From the human T2T-CHM13v2.0 reference genome, Homo sapiens: a DNA stretch of 64,000 nt. The position numbers were made by a program, and so were the translations under genes. Positions 13,401 through 28,400 of this stretch are shown here, piece after piece; the first letter of the stretch is position 1; every line of letters begins with the position of its first letter. Location of the stretch: NCBI RefSeq assembly GCF_009914755.1, contig NC_060948.1; one strand, 5' to 3'. The notes under the pieces were generated by a model that saw nothing but the letters and a program-made list of their open reading frames with translations, was not told the origin of the DNA and searched no databases.

Positions 13401-16400
13401 GGAATCTATTGGAATGGACTGTAATGGAATGGAATGGAAGGGATTGGAATGGACTCGAATGGAATGGACTGCAATAGAAAGGATTCGAATGGAATGAAAA
13501 AGAATTGAATGGAATAGAACAGAATGGAATGAAATCGAATGAAATGGAATGGAATAGAAAGGAATGGAATGAAATGGAATGGAAAGGATTCGAATGGAAT
13601 GCAATCGAATGGAATGGAATCGAACGGAATGGAATAAAATGGAAGAAAACTGGCAAGAAATGGAATCGAAATGAATGGAGTGTTATGGAACGGACTCAAA
13701 AGGAATTGAATGTAATAGAATGGAGTGGAGTGGACTCGAATATAATGGACTGGAATGGAATGAAATCACATGGAATGGGAACGAATGGAATGGAATGGAA
13801 AGGAATGGAATCGAATGGAAAGGAATCGAATGGAAGGGAATGAAATTGAATCAACAGGAATGGAAGGGAATAGAATAGACTGTAATGGAATGGACTCGAA
13901 TAGAATGGACACGAATGCTCAAATTAAATGGACTCGAATGGAATGGAAACGAAAGGAATGTCATCGAATGGAATTGAATCGATTGGAATGAAATCGCATA
14001 GAATGGAGTGGAATCAAATGGAATTGAATCGAAAGGAAAGGAAGCGAATGGACTGAAATGAAATGGAATGGAATTGAATGGAAAGTAATGCAATGGAATA
14101 GAATGGAACGAAATTTCACGGAATGGAATGAAACTGAATGGAATCAAATCAATGGAATCAAATCAAATGGAATGGAAAGGAATTGAATGGAGTAGATGGG
14201 ATTGGATGGGATTGGAATGAAATGTACTGGAAAGGACTCGAATTTCATGAAACGGAATGGAATGAATTGGAACGGAATGGACTCAAATGGAATGGAATGT
14301 CATGGGATGGCATCAAATGGAATGACATCAAATGGAATGGAATCGAATGCAATGGAATGCTATGGAATGGAATGGAATGCATTGGAATGGAATGTCCGCT
14401 AATGGAATGGATTCGAGTGGAATGGAATCGAATATAATGGAGTCGAATGAAATGGAATTGAAAGGAATGGGATCGAATACAATGGAATATACTGGAATGT
14501 AACGTAATGAACTCGAATGTAATTGACTGGAATGGAATGTACATGAATGGAATGTAATCGAATGGAAAGTAATCCAATGGAATAGAATCTAATGCAATAA
14601 AATCGACTCAGATAGAGTAGAATGTAATGGAATGGAGTGCAGTGCAATGGAATGGAATGGAATGGAATGCAATGGAATGGAATGGAATGGAATGGAATGG
14701 AATGGAATGGAATGGAATGGAATGGGATGGAATGGTATGGAATGGATAGTAATGCACTGGAGTGAAATGGACTGGAAAGGAATGGACTCAAATTGACAGC
14801 GCTCGAAAGGAATGGAGTCAAATGGAATGGTCTGGAATGGAATGAACACGAATGTAATGCAACCCAATAGAATGGAATCGAATGGCATGGAATATAAAGA
14901 AATGGAATCGAAGAGAATGGAAACAAATGGAATGGAATTGAATGGAATGGAATTGAATGGAATGGGAACGAATGGAGTGAAATTGTATGCAGTAGAAGAG
15001 AATAGAATGGAATGCAAGCGAAAGGAAAGGAATGGATTGGAATGGAATGGAATTCATTGGAATGGAAGGGAATGTAGTGTAATGGACAGGCCTGGAATAA
15101 AGTGGAATGCTACGGTCTCGAATGGAATAAAAATGTATGGAATGGAAGGCAATGAAACGGAATCGAATGTCATAGAATGTAATGGAATGCAAAAAAATGG
15201 AATCCAAAATCATTGACTGGAAAGGCTGGGTGTCGAAAGGAATTGACTCCAATGGAATGGAATCGAATGGAATGGAAGTGAATAGAATCGAACTAAATCG
15301 AATGGAATGGAATTGATAGGAACGGAATGGAAAGGAATGCAATGATTTGGCATGGAATGGAATCGAATGGCATCGAATGGAATGGAATGGAATGCAATGG
15401 AATGGAATGTATTAGAATGGAATGAACTTTAATGGAATGTACTCGAATGGATTCGACTGGAATGGAATGTTCTGGAAGTGAATGGACTCCAATGGAATGG
15501 ATTCAAAAGGAATGGAATCGTACGGAATGGAATCTAATGGAATGGAATTAAATGGAAATGAATCAAATTGAATAGCACGGAATTGAATTGAATGGAATGG
15601 AATGCAATGGAATCTAATGAAACGGAAAGGAAAGGAATGGAATGGAATGGAATGGGCTGGAATGGAAAGGAATCGAAACGAATGGAATGGAATCGAAGTG
15701 AAGAGACTGGAATGGAATGCACTGGAATGTAAGGGAGTGTAATGGAAGGTTCTCGAAAAAAATGGAATCGAATGGAATGGAATTGAATGGAACGGAATAG
15801 AGTCGAATGGAATTGAATGGAATGGAATGGACTAGAGTGAAATGTAATCGAACCACAAGGAATGGACAGGAATAGAATGGTCTCGAATTGAATGGAATCG
15901 TATGGAATGGCATCAAACGGAATGGAATGGACAGCCACGGAATGGAATGCACTCGAATGCAATGGAGTCGAAACTAATGGACTGGAATAGAATGGACTCG
16001 ACTGGTACGGACTCCAATGGAATGGAATCGAATGGAAGGGAATCGAACGGAATGGAATCGAACGGAATGGACTCGAAGGGAAAAGACTGCAATGGAAAGG
16101 TCTCGAATGGAATGGAAATTAATGGAATGGAATGGAATCGAATGAAATGGAGTCAAAAGGAATGGAATCGAATGGCAAGAAATCGAATGTAATGGAATCG
16201 CCAGGAATTGATGTGAACGGAACGGAATGGAATGGAATCCAAAGGAATGGAATAGAATGGAATGGAATCGAATGGAAAGGACTCGAATGGAAATCACTCG
16301 AATAGAATGCAATTTAATAAAATAGGATCAAATGTAATGGAATGGAATGGAAAGGAATCGAAACGAAAGGAATGGAGACAGATGGAATGGAATGGAACAG

Positions 16401-19400
16401 AGAGCAATGGTATAGAATGGAATGGAATCATCTGGAATGGAATTGAATGGAATGGAATAATATGAAATGGAATGGAATGGAATGGAATGGAATGCCCTTG
16501 AATTAAATGGACTGGAATGGAATGGACTCAAACAGAGTGGAATGGAAAGTGTGGAGATAGAATGGAATGAACTCCTTTGGAATGGTGTAGTATGCAATGC
16601 AATCGACTGGCAGGGAATCAAAAGGAATGTAATCGAATGGATTGGACTGGAATGCAATGGACTCGAATAGATTGGAAACGGAATGCAAAGGAATGGAATG
16701 GAATAGTATGGAATGCAATGGAAGGGAATGGAGTGGAATAGACTAGAGTGGAATGGAATGGACTGGAAAGCAATGGACTGGAATGGAACTTTCTTGGATG
16801 GACTGGAATCAAACGGAATGGAATGCAATGCAATCAAATGGCATGGAATAAAATAGAATGAAAGAGAATCAAATGGAATTGAATCGAATGGAATCGAATG
16901 GATTGGAAAGGAATAGAATGGAATGGAATGGAATGGACTCAAATGGAATGGACTAGAATGGAATGGATTCGAATGGAAGGCAAAGGAATGGAATCTATTG
17001 GAATGGACTGTAATGGAATGGAATGGAAGGGATTGGAATGGACTCGAATGGAATGGACTGCAATAGAAAGGATTCGAATGGAATGAAAAAGAATTGAATG
17101 GAATAGAACAGAATGGAATCAAATCGAATGAAATGGAATGGAATAGAAAGGAATGGAATGAAATGGAATGGAAAGGATTCGAATGGAATGCAATCGAATG
17201 GAATGGAATCGAACGGAATGGAATAAAATGGAAGAAAACTGGCAAGAAATGGAATCGAAATGAATGGAGTGTTATGGAACGGACTCAAAAGGAATTGAAT
17301 GTAATAGAATGGAGTGGAGTGGACTCGAATATAATGGACTGGAAAGGAATGAAATCACATGGAATGGGAACGAATGGAATGGAATGGAAAGGAATGGAAT
17401 CGAATGGAAAGGAATCGAATGGAAGGGAATGAAATTGAATCAACACGAATGGAAGGGAATAGAATAGACTGTAATGGAATGGACTCGAATAGAATGGACA
17501 CGAATGCTCAAATTGAATGGACTCGAATGGAATGGAAACGAAAGGAATGTCACCGAATGGAATTGAATCGATTGGAATGAAATCGCATAGAATGGAGTGG
17601 AATCAAATGGAATTGAATCGAAAGGAAAGGAAGCGAATGGACTGAAATGAAATGGAATGGAATTGAATGGAAAGTAATGCAATGGAATAGAATGGAACGA
17701 AATTTCACGGAATGGAATCAAACTGAATGGAATCAAATCAATGGAATCAAATCAAATGGAATGGAAAGGAATTGAATGGAGTAGATGGGATTGGATGGGA
17801 TTGGAATGAAATGTACTGGAAAGGACTCGAATTTCATGAAACGGAATGGAATGAATTGGAACGGAATGGACTCGAATGGAATGGAATGTCATGGGATGGC
17901 ATCAAATGGAATGACATCAAATGGAATGGAATCGAATGCAATGGAATGCTATGGAATGGAATGGAATGCATTGGAATGGAATGTCCGCTAATGGAATGGA
18001 TTCGAGTGGAATGTAATTGAATATAATGGAGTCGAATGAAATGGAATTGAAAGGAATGGGATCGAATACAATGGAATATACTGGAATGTAACGTAATGAA
18101 CTGGAATGTAATTGACTGGAATGGAATGTACATGAATGGAATGTAATCGAATGGAAAGTAATCCAATGGAATAGAATCTAATGCAATAAAATCGACTCAG
18201 ATAGAGTAGAATGTAATGGAATGGAGTGCAGTGCAATGGAATGGAATGGAATGGAATGCAATGGAATGGAATGGAATGGAATGGAATGGAATGGAATGGA
18301 ATGGAATGGGATGGAATGGTATGGAATGGATAGTAATGGACTGGAGTGAAATGGACTGGAAAGGAATGGACTCAAATTGAAAGGGCTCGAAAGGAATGGA
18401 GTCAAATGGAATGGTCTGGAATGGAATGAACACGAATGTAATGCAACCCAATAGAATGGAATCGAATGGCATGGAATATAAAGAAATGGAATCGAAGAGA
18501 ATGGAAACAAATGGAATGGAATTGAATGGAATGGAATTGAATGGAATGGGAACGAATGGAGTGAAATTGTATGCAGTAGAAGAGAATAGAATGGAATGCA
18601 AGCGAAAGGAAAGGAATGGATTGGAATGGAATGGAATTCATTGGAATGGAAGGGAATGTAGTGTAATGGACAGGCCTGGAATAAAGTGGAATGCTACGGT
18701 CTCGAATGGAATAAAAATGTATGGAATGGAATGCAATGAAACGGAATCGAATGTCATAGAATGTAATGGAATGCAAAAAAATGGAATCCAAAATCATTGA
18801 CTGGAAAGGCTGGGTGTCGAAAGGAATTGACTCCAATGGAATGGAATTGAATGGAATGGAAGTGAATAGAATCGAACTAAATCGAATGGAATGGAATTGA
18901 TAGGAACGGAATGGAAAGGAATGCAATGATTTGGCATGGAATGGAATCGAATGGCATCGAATGGAATGGAATGGAATGCAATGGAATGGAATGTATTAGA
19001 ATGGAATGAACTTTAATGGAATGTACTCGAATGGATTCGACTGGAATGGAATGTTCTGGAAGTGAATGGACTCCAATGGAATGGATTCAAAAGGAATGGA
19101 ATCGTACGGAATGGAATCTAATGGAATGGAATTAAATGGAAATGAATCAAATTGAATAGCACGGAATTGAATTGAATGGAATGGAATGCAATGGAATCTA
19201 ATGAAACGGAAAGGAAAGGAATGGAATGGAATGGAATGGGCTGGAATGGAAAGGAATCGAAACGAATGGAATGGAATCGAAGTGAAGAGACTGGAATGGA
19301 ATGCACTGGAATGGAAGGGAGTGTAATGGAAGGTTCTCGAAAAAAATGGAATCGAATGGAATGGAATTGAATGGAACGGAATAGAGTCGAATGGAATTGA

Positions 19401-22400
19401 ATGGAATGGAATGGACTAGAGTGAAATGGAATCGAACCACAAGGAATGGACAGGAATAGAATGGTCTCGAATTGAATGGAATCGTATGGAATGGCATCAA
19501 ACGGAATGGAATGGACAGCCACGGAATGGAATGCACTCGAATGCAATGGAGTCGAAACTAATGGACTGGAATAGAATGGACTCGACTGGTACGGACTCCA
19601 ATGGAATGGAATCGAATGGAAGGGAATCGAACGGAATGGAATCGAACGGAATGGACTCGAAGGGAAAAGACTGCAATGGAAAGGTCTCGAATGGAATGGA
19701 AATTAATGGAATGGAATGGAATCGAATGAAATGGAGTCAAAAGGAATGGAATCGAATGGCAAGAAATCGAATGTAATGGAATCGCCAGGAATTGATGTGA
19801 ACGGAACGGAATGGAATGGAATCCAAAGGAATGGAATAGAATGGAATGGAATCGAATGGAAAGGACTCGAATGGAAATCACTCGAATAGAATGCAATTTA
19901 ATAAAATAGGATCAAATGTAATGGAATGGAATGGAAAGGAATCGAAACGAAAGGAATGGAGACAGATGGAATGGAATGGAACAGAGAGCAATGGTATAGA
20001 ATGGAATGGAATCATCTGGAATGGAATTGAATGGAATGGAATAATATGAAATGGAATGGAATGGAATGGAATGGAATGCCCTTGAATTAAATGGACTGGA
20101 ATGGAATGGACTCAAACAGAGTGGAATGGAAAGTGTGGAGATAGAATGGAATGAACTCCTTTGGAATGGTGTAGTATGCAATGCAATCGACTGGCAGGGA
20201 ATCAAAAGGAATGTAATCGAATGGATTGGACTGGAATGCAATGGACTCGAATAGATTGGAAACGGAATGCAAAGGAATGGAATGGAATAGTATGGAATGC
20301 AATGGAAGGGAATGGAGTGGAATAGACTAGAGTGGAATGGAATGGACTGGAAAGCAATGGACTGGAATGGAACTTTCTTGGATGGACTGGAATCAAACGG
20401 AATGGAATGCAATGCAATCAAATGGCATGGAATAAAATAGAATGAAAGAGAATCAAATGGAATTGAATCGAATGGAATCGAATGGATTGGAAAGGAATAG
20501 AATGGAATGGAATGGAATGGACTCAAATGGAATGTACTAGAATGGAATGGATTCGAATGGAAGGCAAAGGAATGGAATCTATTGGAATGGACTGTAATGG
20601 AATGGAATGGAAGGGATTGGAATGGACTCGAATGGAATGGACTGCAATAGAAAGGATTCGAATGGAATGAAAAAGAATTGAATGGAATAGAACAGAATGG
20701 AATCAAATCGAATGAAATGGAATGGAATAGAAAGGAATGGAATGAAATGGAATGGAAAGGATTCGAATGGAATGCAATCGAATGGAATGGAATCGAACGG
20801 AATGGAATAAAATGGAAGAAAACTGGCAAGAAATGGAATCGAAATGAATGGAGTGTTATGGAACGGACTCAAAAGGAATTGAATGTAATAGAATGGAGTG
20901 GAGTGGACTCGAATATAATGGACTGGAATGGAATGAAATCACATGGAATGGGAACGAATGGAATGGAATGGAAAGGAATGGAATCGAATGGAAAGGAATC
21001 GAATGGAAGGGAATGAAATTGAATCAACACGAATGGAAGGGAATAGAATAGACTGTAATGGAATGGACTCGAATAGAATGGACACGAATGCTCAAATTGA
21101 ATGGACTCGAATGGAATGGAAACGAAAGGAATGTCACCGAATGGAATTGAATCGATTGGAATGAAATCGCATAGAATGGAGTGGAATCAAATGGAATTGA
21201 ATCGAAAGGAAAGGAAGCGAATGGACTGAAATGAAATGGAATGGAATTGAATGGAAAGTAATGCAATGGAATAGAATGGAACGAAATTTCACGGAATGGA
21301 ATCAAACTGAATGGAATCAAATCAATGGAATCAAATCAAATGGAATGGAAAGGAATTGAATGGAGTAGATGGGATTGGATGGGATTGGAATGAAATGTAC
21401 TGGAAAGGACTCGAATTTCATGAAACGGAATGGAATGAATTGGAACGGAATGGACTCGAATGGAATGGAATGTCATGGGATGGCATCAAATGGAATGACA
21501 TCAAATGGAATGGAATCGAATGCAATGGAATGCTATGGAATGGAATGGAATGCATTGGAATGGAATGTCCGCTAATGGAATGGATTCGAGTGGAATGTAA
21601 TTGAATATAATGGAGTCGAATGAAATGGAATTGAAAGGAATGGGATCGAATACAATGGAATATACTGGAATGTAACGTAATGAACTGGAATGTAATTGAC
21701 TGGAATGGAATGTACATGAATGGAATGTAATCGAATGGAAAGTAATCCAATGGAATAGAATCTAATGCAATAAAATCGACTCAGATAGAGTAGAATGTAA
21801 TGGAATGGAGTGCAGTGCAATGGAATGGAATGGAATGGAATGCAATGGAATGGAATGGAATGGAATGGAATGGAATGGAATGGAATGGAATGGAATGGGA
21901 TGGAATGGTATGGAATGGATAGTAATGGACTGGAGTGAAATGGACTGGAAAGGAATGGACTCAAATTGAAAGGGCTCGAAAGGAATGGAGTCAAATGGAA
22001 TGGTCTGGAATGGAATGAACACGAATGTAATGCAACCCAATAGAATGGAATCGAATGGCATGGAATATAAAGAAATGGAATCGAAGAGAATGGAAACAAA
22101 TGGAATGGAATTGAATGGAATGGAATTGAATGGAATGGGAACGAATGGAGTGAAATTGTATGCAGTAGAAGAGAATAGAATGGAATGCAAGCGAAAGGAA
22201 AGGAATGGATTGGAATGGAATGGAATTCATTGGAATGGAAGGGAATGTAGTGTAATGGACAGGCCTGGAATAAAGTGGAATGCTACGGTCTCGAATGGAA
22301 TAAAAATGTATGGAATGGAATGCAATGAAACGGAATCGAATGTCATAGAATGTAATGGAATGCAAAAAAATGGAATCCAAAATCATTGACTGGAAAGGCT

Positions 22401-25400
22401 GGGTGTCGAAAGGAATTGACTCCAATGGAATGGAATCGAATGGAATGGAAGTGAATAGAATCGAACTAAATCGAATGGAATGGAATTGATAGGAACGGAA
22501 TGGAAAGGAATGCAATGATTTGGCATGGAATGGAATCGAATGGCATCGAATGGAATGGAATGCAATGGAATGGAATGTATTAGAATGTAATGAACTTTAA
22601 TGGAATGTACTCGAATGGATTCGACTGGAATGGAATGTTCTGGAAGTGAATGGACTCCAATGGAATGGATTCAAAAGGAATGGAATCGTACGGAATGGAA
22701 TCTAATGGAATGGAATTAAATGGAAATGAATCAAATTGAATAGCACGGAATTGAATTGAATGGAATGGAATGCAATGGAATCTAATGAAACGGAAAGGAA
22801 AGGAATGGAATGGAATGGAATGGGCTGGAATGGAAAGGAATCGAAACGAATGGAATGGAATCGAAGTGAAGAGACTGGAATGGAATGCACTGGAATGGAA
22901 GGGAGTGTAATGGAAGGTTCTCGAAAAAAATGGAATCGAATGGAATGGAATTGAATGGAACGGAATAGAGTCGAATGGAATTGAATGGAATGGAATGGAC
23001 TAGAGTGAAATGGAATCGAACCACAAGGAATGGACAGGAATAGAATGGTCTCGAATTGAATGGAATCGTATGGAATGGCATCAAACGGAATGGAATGGAC
23101 AGCCACGGAATGGAATGCACTCGAATGCAATGGAGTCGAAACTAATGGACTGGAATAGAATGGACTCGACTGGTACGGACTCCAATGGAATGGAATCGAA
23201 TGGAAGGGAATCGAACGGAATGGAATCGAACGGAATGGACTCGAAGGGAAAAGACTGCAATGGAAAGGTCTCGAATGGAATGGAAATTAATGGAATGGAA
23301 TGGAATCGAATGAAATGGAGTCAAAAGGAATGGAATCGAATGGCAAGAAATCGAATGTAATGGAATCGCCAGGAATTGATGTGAACGGAACGGAATGGAA
23401 TGGAATCCAAAGGAATGGAATAGAATGGAATGGAATCGAATGGAAAGGACTCGAATGGAAATCACTCGAATAGAATGCAATTTAATAAAATAGGATCAAA
23501 TGTAATGGAATGGAATGGAAAGGAATCGAAACGAAAGGAATGGAGACAGATGGAATGGAATGGAACAGAGAGCAATGGTATAGAATGGAATGGAATCATC
23601 TGGAATGGAATTGAATGGAATGGAATAATATGAAATGGAATGGAATGGAATGGAATGGAATGCCCTTGAATTAAATGGACTGGAATGGAATGGACTCAAA
23701 CAGAGTGGAATGGAAAGTGTGGAGATAGAATGGAATGAACTCCTTTGGAATGGTGTAGTATGCAATGCAATCGACTGGCAGGGAATCAAAAGGAATGTAA
23801 TCGAATGGATTGGACTGGAATGCAATGGACTCGAATAGATTGGAAACGGAATGCAAAGGAATGGAATGGAATAGTATGGAATGCAATGGAAGGGAATGGA
23901 GTGGAATAGACTAGAGTGGAATGGAATGGACTGGAAAGCAATGGACTGGAATGGAACTTTCTTGGATGGACTGGAATCAAACGGAATGGAATGCAGTGCA
24001 ATCAAATGGCATGGAATAAAATAGAATGAAAGAGAATCAAATGGAATTGAATCGAATGGAATCGAATGGATTGGAAAGGAATAGAATGGAATGGAATGGA
24101 ATTGACTCAAATGGAATGGACTAGAATGGAATGGATTCGAATGGAAGGCAAAGGAATGGAATCTATTGGAATGGACTGTAATGGAATGGAATGGAAGGGA
24201 TTGGAATGGACTCGAATGGAATGGACTGCAATAGAAAGGATTCGAATGGAATGAAAAAGAATTGAATGGAATAGAACAGAATGGAATCAAATCGAATGAA
24301 ATGGAATGGAATAGAAAGGAATGGAATGAAATGGAATGGAAAGGATTCGAATGGAATGCAATCGAATGGAATGGAATCGAACGGAATGGAATAAAATGGA
24401 AGAAAACTGGCAAGAAATGGAATCGAAATGAATGGAGTGTTATGGAACGGACTCAAAAGGAATTGAATGTAATAGAATGGAGTGGAGTGGACTCGAATAT
24501 AATGGACTGGAATGGAATGAAATCACATGGAATGGGAACGAATGGAATGGAATGGAAAGGAATGGAATCGAATGGAAAGGAATCGAATGGAAGGGAATGA
24601 AATTGAATCAACAGGAATGGAAGGGAATAGAATAGACTGTAATGGAATGGACTCGAATAGAATGGACACGAATGCTCAAATTAAATGGACTCGAATGGAA
24701 TGGAAACGTAAGGAATGTCATCGAATGGAATTGAATCGATTGGAATGAAATCGCATAGAATGGAGTGGAATCAAATGGAATTGAATCGAAAGGAAAGGAA
24801 GCGAATGGACTGAAATGAAATGGAATGGAATTGAATGGAAAGTAATGCAATGGAATAGAATGGAACGAAATTTCACGGAATGAAATCAAACTGAATGGAA
24901 TCAAATCAATGGAATCAAATCAAATGGAATGGAAAGGAATTGAATGGAGTAGATGGGATTGGATGGGATTGGAATGAAATGTACTGGAAAGGACTCGAAT
25001 TTCATGAAACGGAATGGAATGAATTGGAACGGAATTGACTCGAATGGAATGGAATGTCATGGGATGGCATCAAATGGAATGGCATCAAATGGAATGGAAT
25101 CGAATGCAATGGAATGCTATGGAATGGAATGGAATGCATTGGAATGGAATGTCCGCTAATGGAATGGATTCGAGTGGAATGGAATTGAATATAATGGAGT
25201 CGAATGAAATGGAATTGAAAGGAATGGGATCGAATACAATGGAATATACTGGAATGTAACGTAATGAACTGGAATGTAATTGACTGGAATGGAATGTACA
25301 TGAATGGAATGTAATCGAATGGAAAGTAATCCAATGGAATAGAATCTAATGCAATAAAATCGACTCAGATAGAGTAGAATGTAATGGAATGGAGTGCAGT

Positions 25401-28400
25401 GCAATGGAATGGAATGGAATGGAATGCAATGGAATGGAATGGAATGGAATGGAATGGAATGGAATGGGATGGAATGGTATGGAATGGATAGTAATGGACT
25501 GGAGTGAAATGGACTGGAAAGGAATGGACTCAAATTGAAAGGGCTCGAAAGGAATGGAGTCAAATGGAATGGTCTGGAATGGAATGAACACGAATGTAAT
25601 GCAACCCAATAGAATGGAATCGAATGGCATGGAATATAAAGAAATGGAATCGAAGAGAATGGAAACAAATGGAATGGAATTGAATGGAATGGAATTGAAT
25701 GGAATGGGAACGAATGGAGTGAAATTGTATGCAGTAGAAGAGAATAGAATGGAATGCAAGCGAAAGGAAAGGAATGGATTGGAATGGAATGGAATTCATT
25801 GGAATGGAAGGGAATGTAGTGTAATGGACAGGCCTGGAATAAAGTGGAATGCTACGGTCTCGAATGGAATAAAAATGTATGGAATGGAATGCAATGAAAC
25901 GGAATCGAATGTCATAGAATGTAATGGAATGCAAAAAAATGGAATCCAAAATCATTGACTGGAAAGGCTGGGTGTCGAAAGGAATTGACTCCAATGGAAT
26001 GGAATCGAATGGAATGGAAGTGAATAGAATCGAACTAAATCGAATGGAATGGAATTGATAGGAACGGAATGGAAAGGAATGCAATGATTTGGCATGGAAT
26101 GGAATCGAATGGCATCGAATGGAATGGAATGGAATGCAATGGAATGGAATGTATTAGAATGGAATGAACTTTAATGGAATGTACTCGAATGGATTCGACT
26201 GGAATGGAATGTTCTGGAAGTGAATGGACTCCAATGGAATGGATTCAAAAGGAATGGAATCGTACGGAATGGAATCTAATGGAATGGAATTAAATGGAAA
26301 TGAATCAAATTGAATAGCACGGAATTGAATTGAATGGAATGGAATGCAATGGAATCTAATGAAACGGAAAGGAAAGGAATGGAATGGAATGGAATGGGCT
26401 GGAATGGAAAGGAATCGAAACGAATGGAATGGAATCGAAGTGAAGAGACTGGAATGGAATGCACTGGAATGGAAGGGAGTGTAATGGAAGGTTCTCGAAA
26501 AAAATGGAATCGAATGGAATGGAATTGAATGGAACGGAATAGAGTCGAATGGAATTGAATGGAATGGAATGGACTAGAGTGAAATGGAATCGAACCACAA
26601 GGAATGGACAGGAATAGAATGGTCTCGAATTGAATGGAATCGTATGGAATGGCATCAAACGGAATGGAATGGACAGCCACGGAATGGAATGCACTCGAAT
26701 GCAATGGAGTCGAAACTAATGGACTGGAATAGAATGGACTCGACTGGTACGGACTCCAATGGAATGGAATCGAATGGAAGGGAATCGAACGGAATGGAAT
26801 CGAACGGAATGGACTCGAAGGGAAAAGACTGCAATGGAAAGGTCTCGAATGGAATGGAAATTAATGGAATGGAATGGAATCGAATGAAATGGAGTCAAAA
26901 GGAATGGAATCGAATGGCAAGAAATCGAATGTAATGGAATCGCCAGGAATTGATGTGAACGGAACGGAATGGAATGGAATCCAAAGGAATGGAATAGAAT
27001 GGAATGGAATCGAATGGAAAGGACTCGAATGGAAATCACTCGAATAGAATGCAATTTAATAAAATAGGATCAAATGTAATGGAATGGAATGGAAAGGAAT
27101 CGAAACGAAAGGAATGGAGACAGATGGAATGGAATGGAACAGAGAGCAATGGTATAGAATGGAATGGAATCATCTGGAATGGAATTGAATGGAATGGAAT
27201 AATATGAAATGGAATGGAATGGAATGGAATGGAATGCCCTTGAATTAAATGGACTGGAATGGAATGGACTCAAACAGAGTGGAATGGAAAGTGTGGAGAT
27301 AGAATGGAATGAACTCCTTTGGAATGGTGTAGTATGCAATGCAATCGACTGGCAGGGAATCAAAAGGAATGTAATCGAATGGATTGGACTGGAATGCAAT
27401 GGACTCGAATAGATTGGAAACGGAATGCAAAGGAATGGAATGGAATAATATGGAATGCAATGGAAGGGAATGGAGTGGAATAGACTAGAGTGGAATGGAA
27501 TGGACTGGAAAGCAATGGACTGGAATGGAACTTTCTTGGATGGACTGGAATCAAACGGAATGGAATGCAGTGCAATCAAATGGCATGGAATAAAATAGAA
27601 TGAAAGAGAATCAAATGGAATTGAATCGAATGGAATCGAATGGATTGGAAAGGAATAGAATGGAATGGAATGGAATTGACTCAAATGGAATGGACTAGAA
27701 TGGAATGGATTCGAATGGAAGGCAAAGGAATGGAATCTATTGGAATGGACTGTAATGGAATGGAATGGAAGGGATTGGAATGGACTCGAATGGAATGGAC
27801 TGCAATAGAAAGGATTCGAATGGAATGAAAAAGAATTGAATGGAATAGAACAGAATGGAATGAAATCGAATGAAATGGAATGGAATAGAAAGGAATGGAA
27901 TGAAATGGAATGGAAAGGATTCGAATGGAATGCAATCGAATGGAATGGAATCGAACGGAATGGAATAAAATGGAAGAAAACTGGCAAGAAATGGAATCGA
28001 AATGAATGGAGTGTTATGGAACGGACTCAAAAGGAATTGAATGTAATAGAATGGAGTGGAGTGGACTCGAATATAATGGACTGGAATGGAATGAAATCAC
28101 ATGGAATGGGAACGAATGGAATGGAATGGAAAGGAATGGAATCGAATGGAAAGGAATCGAATGGAAGGGAATGAAATTGAATCAACAGGAATGGAAGGGA
28201 ATAGAATAGACTGTAATGGAATGGACTCGAATAGAATGGACACGAATGCTCAAATTAAATGGACTCGAATGGAATGGAAACGAAAGGAATGTCATCGAAT
28301 GGAATTGAATCGATTCGAATGAAATCGCATAGAATGGAGTGGAATCAAATGGAATTGAATCGAAAGGAAAGGAAGCGAATGGACTGAAATGAAATGGAAT

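Larger units (their letters stand above)
1..28300 (+). repeat. Tandem duplication / higher-order repeat of four monomers, period 14,331 bp (two copies visible; left end outside the window)
   Basis: Unit lengths 3584+3589+3569+3589=14331, and the ORF track repeats at exactly +14331 (885/15216, 4469/18800, 8058/22389, 11627/25958). Rare variants also repeat at +14331, for example GACAGCGCTC (~464/14795), GGAATGTAAGGG (~1393/15724), AACGTAAGG (~10374/24705) and GGAATAATATGG (~13111/27442). Confidence 0.95.
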
